A stretch of DNA of 64,000 bases from an uncultured delta proteobacterium. Its GTDB lineage: Bacteria; Desulfobacterota; Binatia; DP-6. The notes under the pieces are model-generated. The model was given only the letters and a program-made list of their open reading frames with translations. It had not been told where the DNA came from and searched no databases. Where the stretch lies: positions 512,001 to 576,000 of the forward strand of contig CAWFFN010000008.1 of NCBI GenBank assembly GCA_963815115.1. Reading direction: 5' to 3'. Shown here one piece after another: positions 39,577 to 48,904 of this stretch. A program made the position numbers and the translations under genes. How positions within the stretch are numbered: position 1 is the stretch's first letter; each line of letters begins with the position of its first letter.

Positions 39577-40689
39577 CTACTTCACCCGGATGCCGACGTA
39601 CGTGGCGTTGTTGGCCGCGGTGGCCTCGGTGAACTTGTTGTCGTAGTTCACGATGGCCCCGATGTAGCGTGTCGAGCCCGACGGGAGGGTCTTCGGGATC
39701 GTCACGTACGTGTTGTTCGTGGTCACGATCGACGATCCCAGCGCTCCGATGTTGCCCTGGGACAGGAACGTGTCGAGCGTCGTGATCAGGTCGTTGGTCG
39801 ACAGGTAGTATCCGATGTCCACGTTCTTCGCATTCCTGCCGAGGTTCTCGTACGTGAACTCGACCTTGACCGTCTGACCCTTCGAGACCTGGTAGCACCG
39901 CTCGGCGTTGTTGGTGCCACATGCGACCCAGGACAGCGGGTTGTCCGACGTGTCGTAGACCACGGTCCGGACGTGCGTGCTGTACTCCCCGCTCTTGCCG
40001 CCGTACTTCCAGTGCACCACGGAGACGTCCTCGTACTTGGAGGGCGGCCAGACGCCGTAGAGGCTGACCTCGCCGGCGATCCCCGATCGGCCCGCGTAGG
40101 GGCGCAGCGTGCTCCCGTTCGCGTTGATGAACGTCGAGTCGTCACCCATGATGTTGTACGAGGAATTGTTGTGGCAGAGCCCCAGGGCGTGCCCGAGCTC
40201 GTGGTTCGCCACCGTCCGGAACGTGCGCGACGGCCCACCATAGGCGCTCGATGACGACTTGCTCGTGCCGGACGTGTAGTTCCAGTTGGCGTCGAAGACG
40301 ACGTCGGTCTCCTCGATCTCCTCGCAGTCGTTCCAGCGCAGCGTGACCGCCGGAGCGCCCTTCAGGATGCTCTGGTCCGTCGAGAACCAGATCTCGTTCC
40401 TTCCATTGTCACGGCCGACGGAGTTCGTGGGATAGGTCATGTAGATCGTGAAGAAGCCGGGGCTCTGGTTCCACGCATCGCCGCCCGCGTGGATCGCATC
40501 CAGGAAGTTCGGGTCCTGGAAGCTCTTCTTGCCGAGCCAGAACGTGGCCTCGTTCACGGGCCATCGCATCTTGGCTCCATCGCACGTCGAGATGCAGAAG
40601 GCGGCGACGCTGGTGCAGTATCCGAGAGCGGCAAGGGCCGCGGCAGCCAGGAGCATGCTCCGGCAATGACTTCGGCTCGGGGTGTTCAT
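39577..40689 (-). CDS. Secreted metzincin (matrixin-like) metalloprotease with C-terminal Ig/CARDB-like domain
   Basis: Signal peptide; HELGHALGLCH zinc motif and Met-turn (NIMG); C-terminal YYLSTND...E....NN. Confidence 0.82.
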   Translation of the reverse strand: MNTPSRSHCRSMLLAAAALAALGYCTSVAAFCISTCDGAKMRWPVNEATFWLGKKSFQDPNFLDAIHAGGDAWNQSPGFFTIYMTYPTNSVGRDNGRNEIWFSTDQSILKGAPAVTLRWNDCEEIEETDVVFDANWNYTSGTSKSSSSAYGGPSRTFRTVANHELGHALGLCHNNSSYNIMGDDSTFINANGSTLRPYAGRSGIAGEVSLYGVWPPSKYEDVSVVHWKYGGKSGEYSTHVRTVVYDTSDNPLSWVACGTNNAERCYQVSKGQTVKVEFTYENLGRNAKNVDIGYYLSTNDLITTLDTFLSQGNIGALGSSIVTTNNTYVTIPKTLPSGSTRYIGAIVNYDNKFTEATAANNATYVGIRVK

Positions 40690-40726
40690 CGCAATTCTCC
40701 AATCGGGTTGTGGGTTTGGTGACACG

Positions 40727-41611
40727 CTAGAGGCGGGGGTCGCCGCCGTTCGCCAGGTACAGCTCGAGCTCCCTCGCCTCCTCGGCCGACGTGGCGGGCG
40801 CGGGGTCGACGGGCTCGGGAGACCTGGAAGCACGGGAGGCGGGTGCGTGCTCGGGCACCAGGGCGAAGCTGAAATCGTCGTGGATGTCGGCCGAGACCAG
40901 GGGACGCTGCCGCTTGAGCTCCCGGCGGGAGAGGGTGGATCGGATCATCCGCTCGAGGAAGGAATCGAAGTCCTCGCCGCGCATGTGACGCCACCCGGGC
41001 GGGGTCTCGAGCTGCGCGGGCGGGCCATAGTTCCCGCTCGCGTCCGGCTCCAGGATCTGGGCCTCGAATCGATGGCCACCGATCACGTCGGAATCGACGT
41101 CGGGCAGCCGGTGCTCCGGCCCGAAGGCCAGAGCGCCATCGGCATCCAGGTCGACCTCGTTGCCGAGCGCCGTGTAGGTCATGCCGTCGATGATCCGGAA
41201 TCGCCCCTGCGCGCATCCGATCAGAGGGCACGACGACTCGCCGTTCCCCTCCACCATGAGGATGTCCCGGTCACCGACGTCGAAGAGCGGGTAGCCAGAG
41301 ACTTGCAGGGAACGTCCCCCTGGCGTCGCACCTCCGAGGAACCGCAGCGTGACGGTCTGAAGCCCGCCCGGATCGCCCTTGTAGACCTTCCGGATCTCGA
41401 ACGTGACGAACGTGTGGGGCATCGCGCCCTCGGTCTTCGAGGGCCGCGAGGACTTGTAGTCCACCGCCCTGACGACTCCTTCGAAGATGAAATCCGACCC
41501 GTGCAGTGAATCGACGAATCTCGCGCTCGAGAGCTCGGGATGTGCCAGGGCGAGCCCGGGACCGACCTGCACGAGCAGCGCTCCCAGCAGCATCGTGGTG
41601 AATCCGCGCAT
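40727..41611 (-). CDS. Secreted hypothetical protein, upstream partner of the protease
   Basis: GGAGG RBS; signal peptide; SDFIFEGVV...TFEIRKVYKG...FLGG...PLFDVGD. Confidence 0.7.
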   Translation of the reverse strand: MRGFTTMLLGALLVQVGPGLALAHPELSSARFVDSLHGSDFIFEGVVRAVDYKSSRPSKTEGAMPHTFVTFEIRKVYKGDPGGLQTVTLRFLGGATPGGRSLQVSGYPLFDVGDRDILMVEGNGESSCPLIGCAQGRFRIIDGMTYTALGNEVDLDADGALAFGPEHRLPDVDSDVIGGHRFEAQILEPDASGNYGPPAQLETPPGWRHMRGEDFDSFLERMIRSTLSRRELKRQRPLVSADIHDDFSFALVPEHAPASRASRSPEPVDPAPATSAEEARELELYLANGGDPRL

Positions 41612-41760
41612 GATGACCTCCTCGGGACCGGGGTAGTTTCGGCTGCTCTCGCCGACTCGTCCGCCCGCCGCACGTTGTCGTGCTCCGGAGGCGGATGGAG
41701 CCGGGATCGAAGCCGCACACCCGTGGCGTTACACGCCGTGGAACATCGTGTCGGACCGCG

Positions 41761-42332
41761 TTACCGGGCGGCCCGAGCCGAGGACCACGCAGGTCGCACC
41801 GGCGCGGCCGGGCGGAAGCGCGTCAGCGACGCCCACCATGGGCCCTGCTTCCGCTCGACCACCAAGCCCGCGTCCGCGGCGAGCTGGGTCAGCTTCCGCT
41901 CGGCCACGTAGTCGGGATCGAGCACGGTCTCGCCGATCACGAGGCGTCCCGCGGGCGTCAGGACCCGTCTGAGCTCGCGGAGCGCGCGGGCCGGGTCGGC
42001 AGCTCGCCCAGGACGCCGATCAGATAGGCGGCGTCGAAGCTCGCATCGGCGAACGGGAGGGTGCACGCGTCGCCGTGGCGAACGTCGACGTTGCCGATCC
42101 CCGCCCGTGCGGCGCGCGCGGCGAGCGCGTCGAGCATCGCCTGCTGGGCGTCGAGGACCTGGAGCCGACCGTCGGGCGCGAGCGCCGCCGCCACCGGCAG
42201 CGCGTGGACGCCGATCCCCCGGCCGATCTCGAGCATCCGCTCGCCGGAGCGGGGTGCGAGGATGCCGAGGACGTGGCGCGGCGCGTGCGGCCCGCGCGGG
42301 AGGAGCAGGACCCAGCGGATTGCGTACGGCAT
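41761..42332 (-). CDS. Class I SAM-dependent methyltransferase (frameshift at ~41998; may be 5'-truncated)
   Basis: LEIGRGIG, GDACTLPFADASFD, then ALRELRRVLTPAGRL in another frame. Confidence 0.75.
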
Positions 42333-42349
42333 GGGGCCGGGATGCGTCC

Positions 42350-42940
42350 GTGCCGAAACAGGATCGCGGTCGGGCGACCGTGGACGCCATCCTCGCTGCA
42401 ACCGCTCAGGTTCTCGTGCGCCACGGCTTCGAGGGCGCGAGCACGAACCGGATCGCTGCCCGCGCCGGGGTGAGCATCGGCTCGCTGTATCAGTACTACC
42501 CGAGCAAGGAGGCGCTCGTTTCGGCGGTGCAGGAGCGGCACGTGGCCGACATGCTGGGCACGATGGAGCGCGCCCTCGGCCGCCTCCTGACGCGCCCGAT
42601 CCGCAGCGCGGCGCGGGAGATGGTCCGCGCGATGATCGCCGCGCACGCCGTCGACCCCGCCCTTCACCGCGTGCTGATGGAGCAGGCCCCGCGGGTGGTG
42701 CCGACCGACCGAGCCGCCGAGCTCGAGCGGCGCTTCGAGGCGCTCGTGCTGACATACCTGGGAGCCCATCGCGGTGCGGTCCGGCCGCGGAACCTCCCGC
42801 TGGCGGCGTTCGTCGTCGTGCACGTCACCGAGGCGCTGGCGCACGCGGCCGTGCTCGACCGGCCCGATGTGTTCGCGTCCGATGCCTTCGTCGACGAGGT
42901 GACCGAGCTCCTCGTGCGCTACGTCGCCGCCGACCATTAG
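42350..42940 (+). CDS. TetR/AcrR family regulator (start uncertain)
   Basis: PKQDRGRATVDAIL...STNRIAARAGVSIGSLYQYYPSKEAL. Confidence 0.85.
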   Translation: MPKQDRGRATVDAILAATAQVLVRHGFEGASTNRIAARAGVSIGSLYQYYPSKEALVSAVQERHVADMLGTMERALGRLLTRPIRSAAREMVRAMIAAHAVDPALHRVLMEQAPRVVPTDRAAELERRFEALVLTYLGAHRGAVRPRNLPLAAFVVVHVTEALAHAAVLDRPDVFASDAFVDEVTELLVRYVAADH

Positions 42941-43022
42941 GGGAGGAGCCGGTCCGCCAGCCGCCTCGGGCGTTGCGTCTGCGGTGGGCACGTAGCATGG
43001 TCCGCACACATTGGGAGAACCC

Positions 43023-43124
43023 ATGACGCCCCCCCCCGCAGACGACGTGCTGACGCCCGCCGACGCGGCCGAGGGTGTCGCCGCCTTCCTCGAACGCCGC
43101 GCACCGGTTCTCCGGGGCGTGTGA
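43023..43124 (+). pseudogene. Mini-ORF encoding only a crotonase C-terminal helix
   Basis: MTPPPADDVLTPADAAEGVAAFLERRAPVLRGV*; resembles DFGEGVRSFLEKRPP at the end of 27305..28138. Confidence 0.6.
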
Positions 43125-43138
43125 GACAGGAGCGATCC

Positions 43139-44152
43139 GTGGCCGAACCCCAGGTATCGGCGCTCGCCTCTTCGGGCACGAGCGCCGTCTTCTTGGTCTT
43201 GACCGTGAGCCCGGGCGAGGACGCGGCCGCACGCGTCCGCGACGTGTGCGCGAACATGCCGGCGTTCGTGCGCAGCGTCGGGCGTCGCGACTCGGGTGGC
43301 GGACTGAGCTGCGTGGTGGCCATCGGTGCCGATGCCTGGGAACGCCTCGCGCCCGGGAGGACCCGGCCCGCACAGCTGCACGCGTTCCGGGCGCTCGCCG
43401 ATGGCCCGCGCACGGCGCCCGCGACGCCCGGCGACCTGCTGTTCCACATTCGCGCCAATCGTCGCGACTTCTGCCACGAGCTGTCGCGCATCGTCATCGA
43501 CAAGCTCGGCGACGCGGTGCAGGTCGTCGACGAGACACACGGCTTCGCGTACATGGACAACCGCGACCTCATCGGCTTCGTGGACGGCACCGAGAATCCG
43601 GCGGGCGGCGCGCGGAACCTCTGGACGGTCGTCGGCGATGAAGAGCCCGACAACGCCGGCGGCAGCTACGTCACCGTCCAGCGCTACGTGACCGACTTCG
43701 CGACGTGGGGCGCGCTGCCCACCGAGGAGCAGGAGAAGGCGATCGGTCGCACGAAGGCCGACGACATCGAGCTCGACGATACCGTGTCTCCCCCGAGCGC
43801 GCACAAGGAACGCACCACGATCGTACGTGACGGCGAAGAGCACAAGATCTTGCGCCACAACATGGCGTGGGGATCGACGGCCGAATCCGGCACCTACTTC
43901 ATCGGCTACGCACGTGATCTTTCGGTCACCGAGGACATGCTCCACCGCATGTTCGTCGCCGATGCCGACGGCGTCTACGACCGCCTCGTCGACTTCAGCA
44001 CTCCGGTGACCGGAACGAACTTCTTCGCGCCGTCGCTCGAGGTGCTCGAGGCGCTGGCCGACCAGCCGGTGCAGGCCGCCGCCGATGCGCCGACGGCGGC
44101 AACGCCGTGCGATGGAGCGCTCGGGATCGGAAGCCTGCGGTCGGTGCGCTGA
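43139..44152 (+). CDS. Dye-decolorizing peroxidase with C-terminal encapsulin cargo-loading peptide
   Basis: AGGAG RBS before GTG; GFVDGTENP, IGRTK, AH (proximal His), ILR; tail DGALGIGSLRS. Confidence 0.92.
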   Translation: MAEPQVSALASSGTSAVFLVLTVSPGEDAAARVRDVCANMPAFVRSVGRRDSGGGLSCVVAIGADAWERLAPGRTRPAQLHAFRALADGPRTAPATPGDLLFHIRANRRDFCHELSRIVIDKLGDAVQVVDETHGFAYMDNRDLIGFVDGTENPAGGARNLWTVVGDEEPDNAGGSYVTVQRYVTDFATWGALPTEEQEKAIGRTKADDIELDDTVSPPSAHKERTTIVRDGEEHKILRHNMAWGSTAESGTYFIGYARDLSVTEDMLHRMFVADADGVYDRLVDFSTPVTGTNFFAPSLEVLEALADQPVQAAADAPTAATPCDGALGIGSLRSVR

Positions 44153-44501
44153 CGACGCACCTGCGCAGCCAGTAGCACGCAGTTCTGCGTACGTAGTATT
44201 CCGGCTTCCTCGGGTGTCTGCGTACCCGCTATACGAGTGCGGCTCGGGCTGTAACGAACACCGGGGAGGGCGTCACGTCAGCTCACGGGAGTGCGGTCTT
44301 TCGGAGTGTCGACGTCGTCCGTGATGCCGGCACGGCGTTCCACTGCTTGGTGGGAGACGAGCGGGTATGGATCCCGCTCACCGAGATCCACCGTGGCACC
44401 GATCTGACCAAGACCGGCGATCACGGTACGCTCATCATCCCGGGGTGGCTCGCGCGGATGCGGGGTCTTCGCCGCGCGCCATAGGGCTCGGGCTGCAACC
44501 G

Positions 44502-45527
44502 ATGTCCAGCACCACGGCTCGCAGTGAAGTTCACCGTGCGCGTGCCGGTGGAGAGGACACTGGCCTTTGCACGCGTGCCCACCGTGGCACGCGCGGGCAC
44601 GCATCGGGCCGTCGGCACGGGAGTCCTCGGTGCGCGACCACGGCGAGCGAGGTCTGGGGACTGATCCTGGCGGGAGGCGACGGCACGCGGCTCCAGGGGC
44701 TCACCCGGGCGCTCACCGGGGCCCCGATACCCAAGCAGTACTGCCGCATCGGCGGGGATCGCTCGATGCTCGAGACGACCCTGGCACGCCTGGAGCCGCT
44801 CCTGCCCCCGTCACGCACGCTCGCGATCGTAAACCGGGACCACCTCTCGCTGGCCGCTGACCAGCTTCGCGGCCTGCCCGTGCCGAACGTGCTCGTGCAG
44901 CCGAGGAACTACGACACCGGCCCCGGACTGCTCTTTAGCCTGCTGCGCCTCGAGCGACGCGACCCATGGGCCACGGTGGCCGTCTTCCCGAGCGACCACT
45001 ACATCCGGGAGCATCGCGCCTTTCTCTCCCACGTCGCCCGCGCGATCGCGCTCGTCCACCGTTTCCCGACCGAGATCGTCCTGCTCGGCATGACGCCGGA
45101 CCGGCTGGAGGCCGGGTTCGGCTACCTCGAGCCCGGACCGCCGCTGCCCGGGGACGCCGCGGCGTTTCGCGTCGTCTCGTTCGTCGAGAAGCCGACCCCC
45201 GAGATGGCTGCGGACATCATTCGCCGGGGCGGCCTCTGGAACTCGTTCGTGATGGTGTTTCGCCTCGACAGGATGCTAACGCTCCTACGCCGTCGGCGCC
45301 CGTGGGACTGCGCCGTGCTGCGCCAGCTCGACGAGGATGCCTATCCAGCGCTCACCCCGTGGAATGCCTCGCGCGACTTCCTGGCGCACATCCCGGCCGC
45401 GCTCACCGTGTTGCAGGTCGATGACGTCGGCTGGAGCGACTGGGGGACCCCCGAGGCGATCGAGCGGACGTTCCGCGACCTCGACCTCGCCCCGCCATGG
45501 GCCCTCGCCGGTTCATGCGGGCGATGA
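44502..45527 (+). CDS. Mannose-1-phosphate guanylyltransferase-like nucleotidyltransferase (start uncertain)
   Basis: ILAGGDGTRL, PKQY, QPRN.DTGP, FPSDH, FVEKP, WNS, GWSDWG. Confidence 0.82.
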   Translation: MSSTTARSEVHRARAGGEDTGLCTRAHRGTRGHASGRRHGSPRCATTASEVWGLILAGGDGTRLQGLTRALTGAPIPKQYCRIGGDRSMLETTLARLEPLLPPSRTLAIVNRDHLSLAADQLRGLPVPNVLVQPRNYDTGPGLLFSLLRLERRDPWATVAVFPSDHYIREHRAFLSHVARAIALVHRFPTEIVLLGMTPDRLEAGFGYLEPGPPLPGDAAAFRVVSFVEKPTPEMAADIIRRGGLWNSFVMVFRLDRMLTLLRRRRPWDCAVLRQLDEDAYPALTPWNASRDFLAHIPAALTVLQVDDVGWSDWGTPEAIERTFRDLDLAPPWALAGSCGR

Positions 45528-45528
45528 C

Positions 45529-46710
45529 ATGAGCACGCCGATCTTGCCTGGCAGGAGGGAAAAACCCGCCATGCCTTCGCGGGACTCGGACGCGCTGCGC
45601 ACTCTCGGGCTAACGGCCGCGCGCTGGCACGCCATCCTCGACACGGCGCAGGATGCCATCATCTGCATCTCGACGGGCGGCGAGATCACGCTCTTCAACG
45701 CCTGCGCGGAGCGCATGTTCGGGTACGCTGCGGATGAGGTGCTGGGCCAGAACGTCGGGCTGCTGATGCCGGCGCCATACCGTGACGAGCACGAGGGGTA
45801 CGTCAGCAGCTACCTCGCCACGGGGGTCCCCAAGGCGATCGGTCGCGTCCGCCAGGTGCAGGCGCAACGGAAGAGCGGCGAGGTCTTCCCCATCGAGCTC
45901 ACGGTGTCGGAAGCCGTGGTGGGCGACGAGACCTTGTTCAACGCCATCATCCGCGACGTGAGCGAGCGCGATCAGGCCCAGGTCGAACGGATCCGGCTGA
46001 ACATGCTGCTGCACCAGCACGAACGCCTCGCCGACATCGGGGCGGTGACCGCGCGCATCGTCCATGACTTCGGGAACCCTCTCGCGGGCCTCTCCATGAC
46101 CGCGCAGCACATGCTCCGTCGCATCGATCGCGGGCCCACGTCCCCCGCGGAGGAGTTGCGGGGCCCCCTCGAGCGCCTCATCGCGACCACGCGACACCTC
46201 GACGCGCTGCTCCACGACTTCAAGGACTTTGCCCGTGAATACCGGTTGAGTCTGGAGCCGGTCGCGCTCGCCCCGTTCCTCGAAGACGTCATGCGGACGT
46301 GGCAACCGGAAGCCGAAGACCGCGACGTGAGGCTGACGCTGGAGGCTACGGTCGAGCTGGCGGTCCGCATCGACCGTCACCAATGCCGGCGGGTGTTCGA
46401 CAACCTCTTGAAGAATGCGCTGGAGGCCATCGACCGCGGACCGGGTCGGGTGAACGTACGCGCCGCCATGCTCACGCCCGAGACGGTCCGCGTGTCGGTG
46501 CTCGACAGCGGGCCCGGCATCCCGGAGGGCCTCGACGTCTTCGCCCTCTTCGAGACGACGAAGCCCTACGGCACCGGTCTCGGGCTCCCCATCTGCAAGC
46601 AGATCCTCACGGCGCACGGCGGTGGCCTCAACTTTGCACCGATGACCCCTCATGGAGCGGCCTTCCATGTGGATCTGCTCATCAAGGGCCCCCGGCTCGC
46701 GGTGGGGTAG
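45529..46710 (+). CDS. Cytoplasmic PAS-domain histidine kinase (FixL-like heme PAS)
   Basis: FNACAERMFGY, LMPAPYRDEHEGY, IGRVR; H-box HDFGNP; NLLKNA, DSGPG, GTGLGL. Confidence 0.85.
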   Translation: MSTPILPGRREKPAMPSRDSDALRTLGLTAARWHAILDTAQDAIICISTGGEITLFNACAERMFGYAADEVLGQNVGLLMPAPYRDEHEGYVSSYLATGVPKAIGRVRQVQAQRKSGEVFPIELTVSEAVVGDETLFNAIIRDVSERDQAQVERIRLNMLLHQHERLADIGAVTARIVHDFGNPLAGLSMTAQHMLRRIDRGPTSPAEELRGPLERLIATTRHLDALLHDFKDFAREYRLSLEPVALAPFLEDVMRTWQPEAEDRDVRLTLEATVELAVRIDRHQCRRVFDNLLKNALEAIDRGPGRVNVRAAMLTPETVRVSVLDSGPGIPEGLDVFALFETTKPYGTGLGLPICKQILTAHGGGLNFAPMTPHGAAFHVDLLIKGPRLAVG

Positions 46711-46737
46711 GAATTACCGTGGCCGTCGTTCGCGAGG

Positions 46738-47130
46738 ATGGGAAATACGACCTTGACCGCGATGTCCGTCGCCTGTGCCGGGTGCCCGATCATCCTGGTG
46801 GACGACGAGACGATCTTTCGCTTGGCGCTCGCGGAGACGCTCCGCGACGACGGCCACGAGGTGTTCGACTATCCGTCGGCGACGGCGGTCCCGGCATTCG
46901 TCACGTTGCCGGCCGCGGCGATCCTCGTCACCGACTTCGAGATGCCCGGGCCCAACGGTGTGGCGCTCGCCGATGCGTTCCGGCGCGCGCGCCCGTCAGC
47001 GCAGGCGATCCTGCTGAGCGCCTACACCATCCCGGCCGTGGACGGCGCGGTGGCCACGAGGCCATGGCTCCGCTTCATGTCGAAACCGCTCGACTACGAC
47101 GTCCTGCACGCGCTCATTCACGACCTCTGA
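46738..47130 (+). CDS. Single-domain response regulator
   Basis: LVDDE, VTDFEMPG, LSAY, SKP. Confidence 0.82.
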   Translation: MGNTTLTAMSVACAGCPIILVDDETIFRLALAETLRDDGHEVFDYPSATAVPAFVTLPAAAILVTDFEMPGPNGVALADAFRRARPSAQAILLSAYTIPAVDGAVATRPWLRFMSKPLDYDVLHALIHDL

Positions 47131-47224
47131 GGGCGCACCGGGTGCATCAGCCGAGAAGGCGCTGAACTGCCAGGCAGCGGGGGGTTGCTTCGCGACGCGC
47201 CGAACTGGTTGTTGATGAACGCCT

Positions 47225-47332
47225 GGGTCGTGTTGGTGACCAGGACGTCGGGCTCTGGACATGCCGCGACCGGCCGATCGCGTCCCTCCTCGGTGCAGAG
47301 ATCCGCGACGACCGGCGTGACCCGGGCGCCCC
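47225..47332 (-). pseudogene. Fragment of an SDR oxidoreductase
   Basis: GARVTPVVADLCTEEGRDRPVAACPEPDVLVTN resembles an SDR segment around the D.LVNN motif; no GxxxGxG or YxxxK. Confidence 0.5.
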
Positions 47333-47472
47333 TGCAGAAGGGGAAGGGACGGTGAGCGCCCGAGATCAGGACTTCTGTCAGCCTTCCCGAAAGGGTCTTC
47401 ACCCCCGCTATCTACTCGCGATCGCGTCGGGACGGGAAGGCGGAGATGCGGGAGCGCTCGAGTGTGCCGTCG

Positions 47473-47868
47473 TCAGCGAGGCAACTGGAACTGGCAGGAG
47501 GGACCAGACGCTCGGCTCAGCCGTCGATCAAGAGTCGCGAGCGGAAGGTCGAACGCCTCGGCGACGGCGACATACCAGGCATCGTAGCTGGTGACGTTCC
47601 GGCGAAGATCCCACACGCGTTCGGCGAAGGGCTCGAATGGAACCAGCACCATGTGGAGGCCGAGTAGATCTCTCTGCGCAGCAGTGGCCTCGAGGCGGCT
47701 CAGCTGCTTCGCGCTCTCGAGACGACGCAAGATATTGGTGGCCTCCACCAGGACGAGGTGCGGTGCCACGATACCGCCTTCTGCCAGCACCTGTTCGGCC
47801 CAAACCCCTTCGGGGCCCGCGTCCGTCGTCGCGGCCACGAGCACCGACCCGTCGACGACGGCGCTCAC
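47473..47868 (-). CDS. vapC: VapC-family PIN toxin
   Basis: VVDGSVL, E..N.LRR, TSYDAWYVAVAE, LATLDRRL. Confidence 0.9.
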   Translation of the reverse strand: MSAVVDGSVLVAATTDAGPEGVWAEQVLAEGGIVAPHLVLVEATNILRRLESAKQLSRLEATAAQRDLLGLHMVLVPFEPFAERVWDLRRNVTSYDAWYVAVAEAFDLPLATLDRRLSRASGPSCQFQLPR

Positions 47869-48101
47869 CGCCGGTCGGCGTCCCGATGCCCGAGAATCTG
47901 CTTCGCAGACACCCGCGCGCCGGCCGCATGCTTCCGATCGCGCACCCGCTCGAGCCAGGTGTGGATGGAGGGACGGGCGACGAGGCGCTCCAGCTCCTCC
48001 TTGAGATATTCCTGCATGGACTTGCGGTCGCGAGCTGCGCGGGCGGCGAGCTCGTCACGGACGTCCTCCGGCACATCCCGAATCGTGATCTGAACTCCCA
48101 T
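47865..48101 (-). CDS. FitA-like ribbon-helix-helix antitoxin
   Basis: QITIRDVPEDVRDELAARAA...SMQEYL; GTGA overlap with the toxin gene. Confidence 0.88.
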   Translation of the reverse strand: MGVQITIRDVPEDVRDELAARAARDRKSMQEYLKEELERLVARPSIHTWLERVRDRKHAAGARVSAKQILGHRDADRR

Positions 48102-48458
48102 GGCAGCGATATGCCATCACTGAAGGCAGTTTGCAATCGGGCGGAGAGTGAGACTCGGGACGCCCGGCCGCAACCCGTTCCTTCGTACGTGGCCAGGATC
48201 GCCCGCGTCTCGGACGCTTCCGGCGTGAGCCCGATGTGGACGATTCCGTCCCCGGGAAGGGTGAAGGGATGGTGAAGCGTCCGAGATCGGGTTACGTCAA
48301 CGTTCGGGCCTGTATGGGCGCTATCTCCTGAAGACCGCGGGCGGCGGCGCGCCGCTCGCCGCCAGCTTCCCGGCCGAGGCCGCGCGGCAGTCGGCACGGG
48401 CGCCGGGGGATACTCGACGCCCGTGTCGACGAGCCGCGAACCGGTGACGGCCCAAAGC

Positions 48459-48872
48459 CTACTGCAGTGGGGCGGATCGGATCGGGCGCAGGTTCGAGAC
48501 GTTGAACTGGTCCAGCTCGTGCTTGTAGAGGACCAGCGTTCCCCGGAGATTCGTGGTCGACGCTGCCGTCGCGACGCACGCGAAGGCCTGGAGGTTGTTG
48601 TTGTTGATGACCGCGGAAACGGAGCAGAACTGGCCTGCGCCCAGCGGTCCGCTGCAGTCCGTCGTCGTTCTCGTCACTCCGCTGTCGTCGAGGATCTTGA
48701 CCGTCACCCCCGAAAGGGGCCTCGTCCCGCTGTTCAGGACCACGCATTCGGCGAAATCCTGGAGGAAGTTTCCGTGGATGTCCGGCGTGGCGATCATCCG
48801 GGCAGCCCGCGCGAGACCTCCCGTAGCCACCATGCCGGCGAAGGCCATCGCAACGATGAGAGTCTTCTTCAT
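48459..48872 (-). CDS. Small secreted 4-Cys beta protein (paralog B)
   Basis: AAGGAG RBS; MKKTLIVAMAFAG signal; C.V.N.GT.P...C...L..G..C...AC......NLRGTL. Confidence 0.72.
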   Translation of the reverse strand: MKKTLIVAMAFAGMVATGGLARAARMIATPDIHGNFLQDFAECVVLNSGTRPLSGVTVKILDDSGVTRTTTDCSGPLGAGQFCSVSAVINNNNLQAFACVATAASTTNLRGTLVLYKHELDQFNVSNLRPIRSAPLQ

Positions 48873-48904
48873 GGCACACTCCTTGTGTTGGGAATGAACG
48901 ACCG

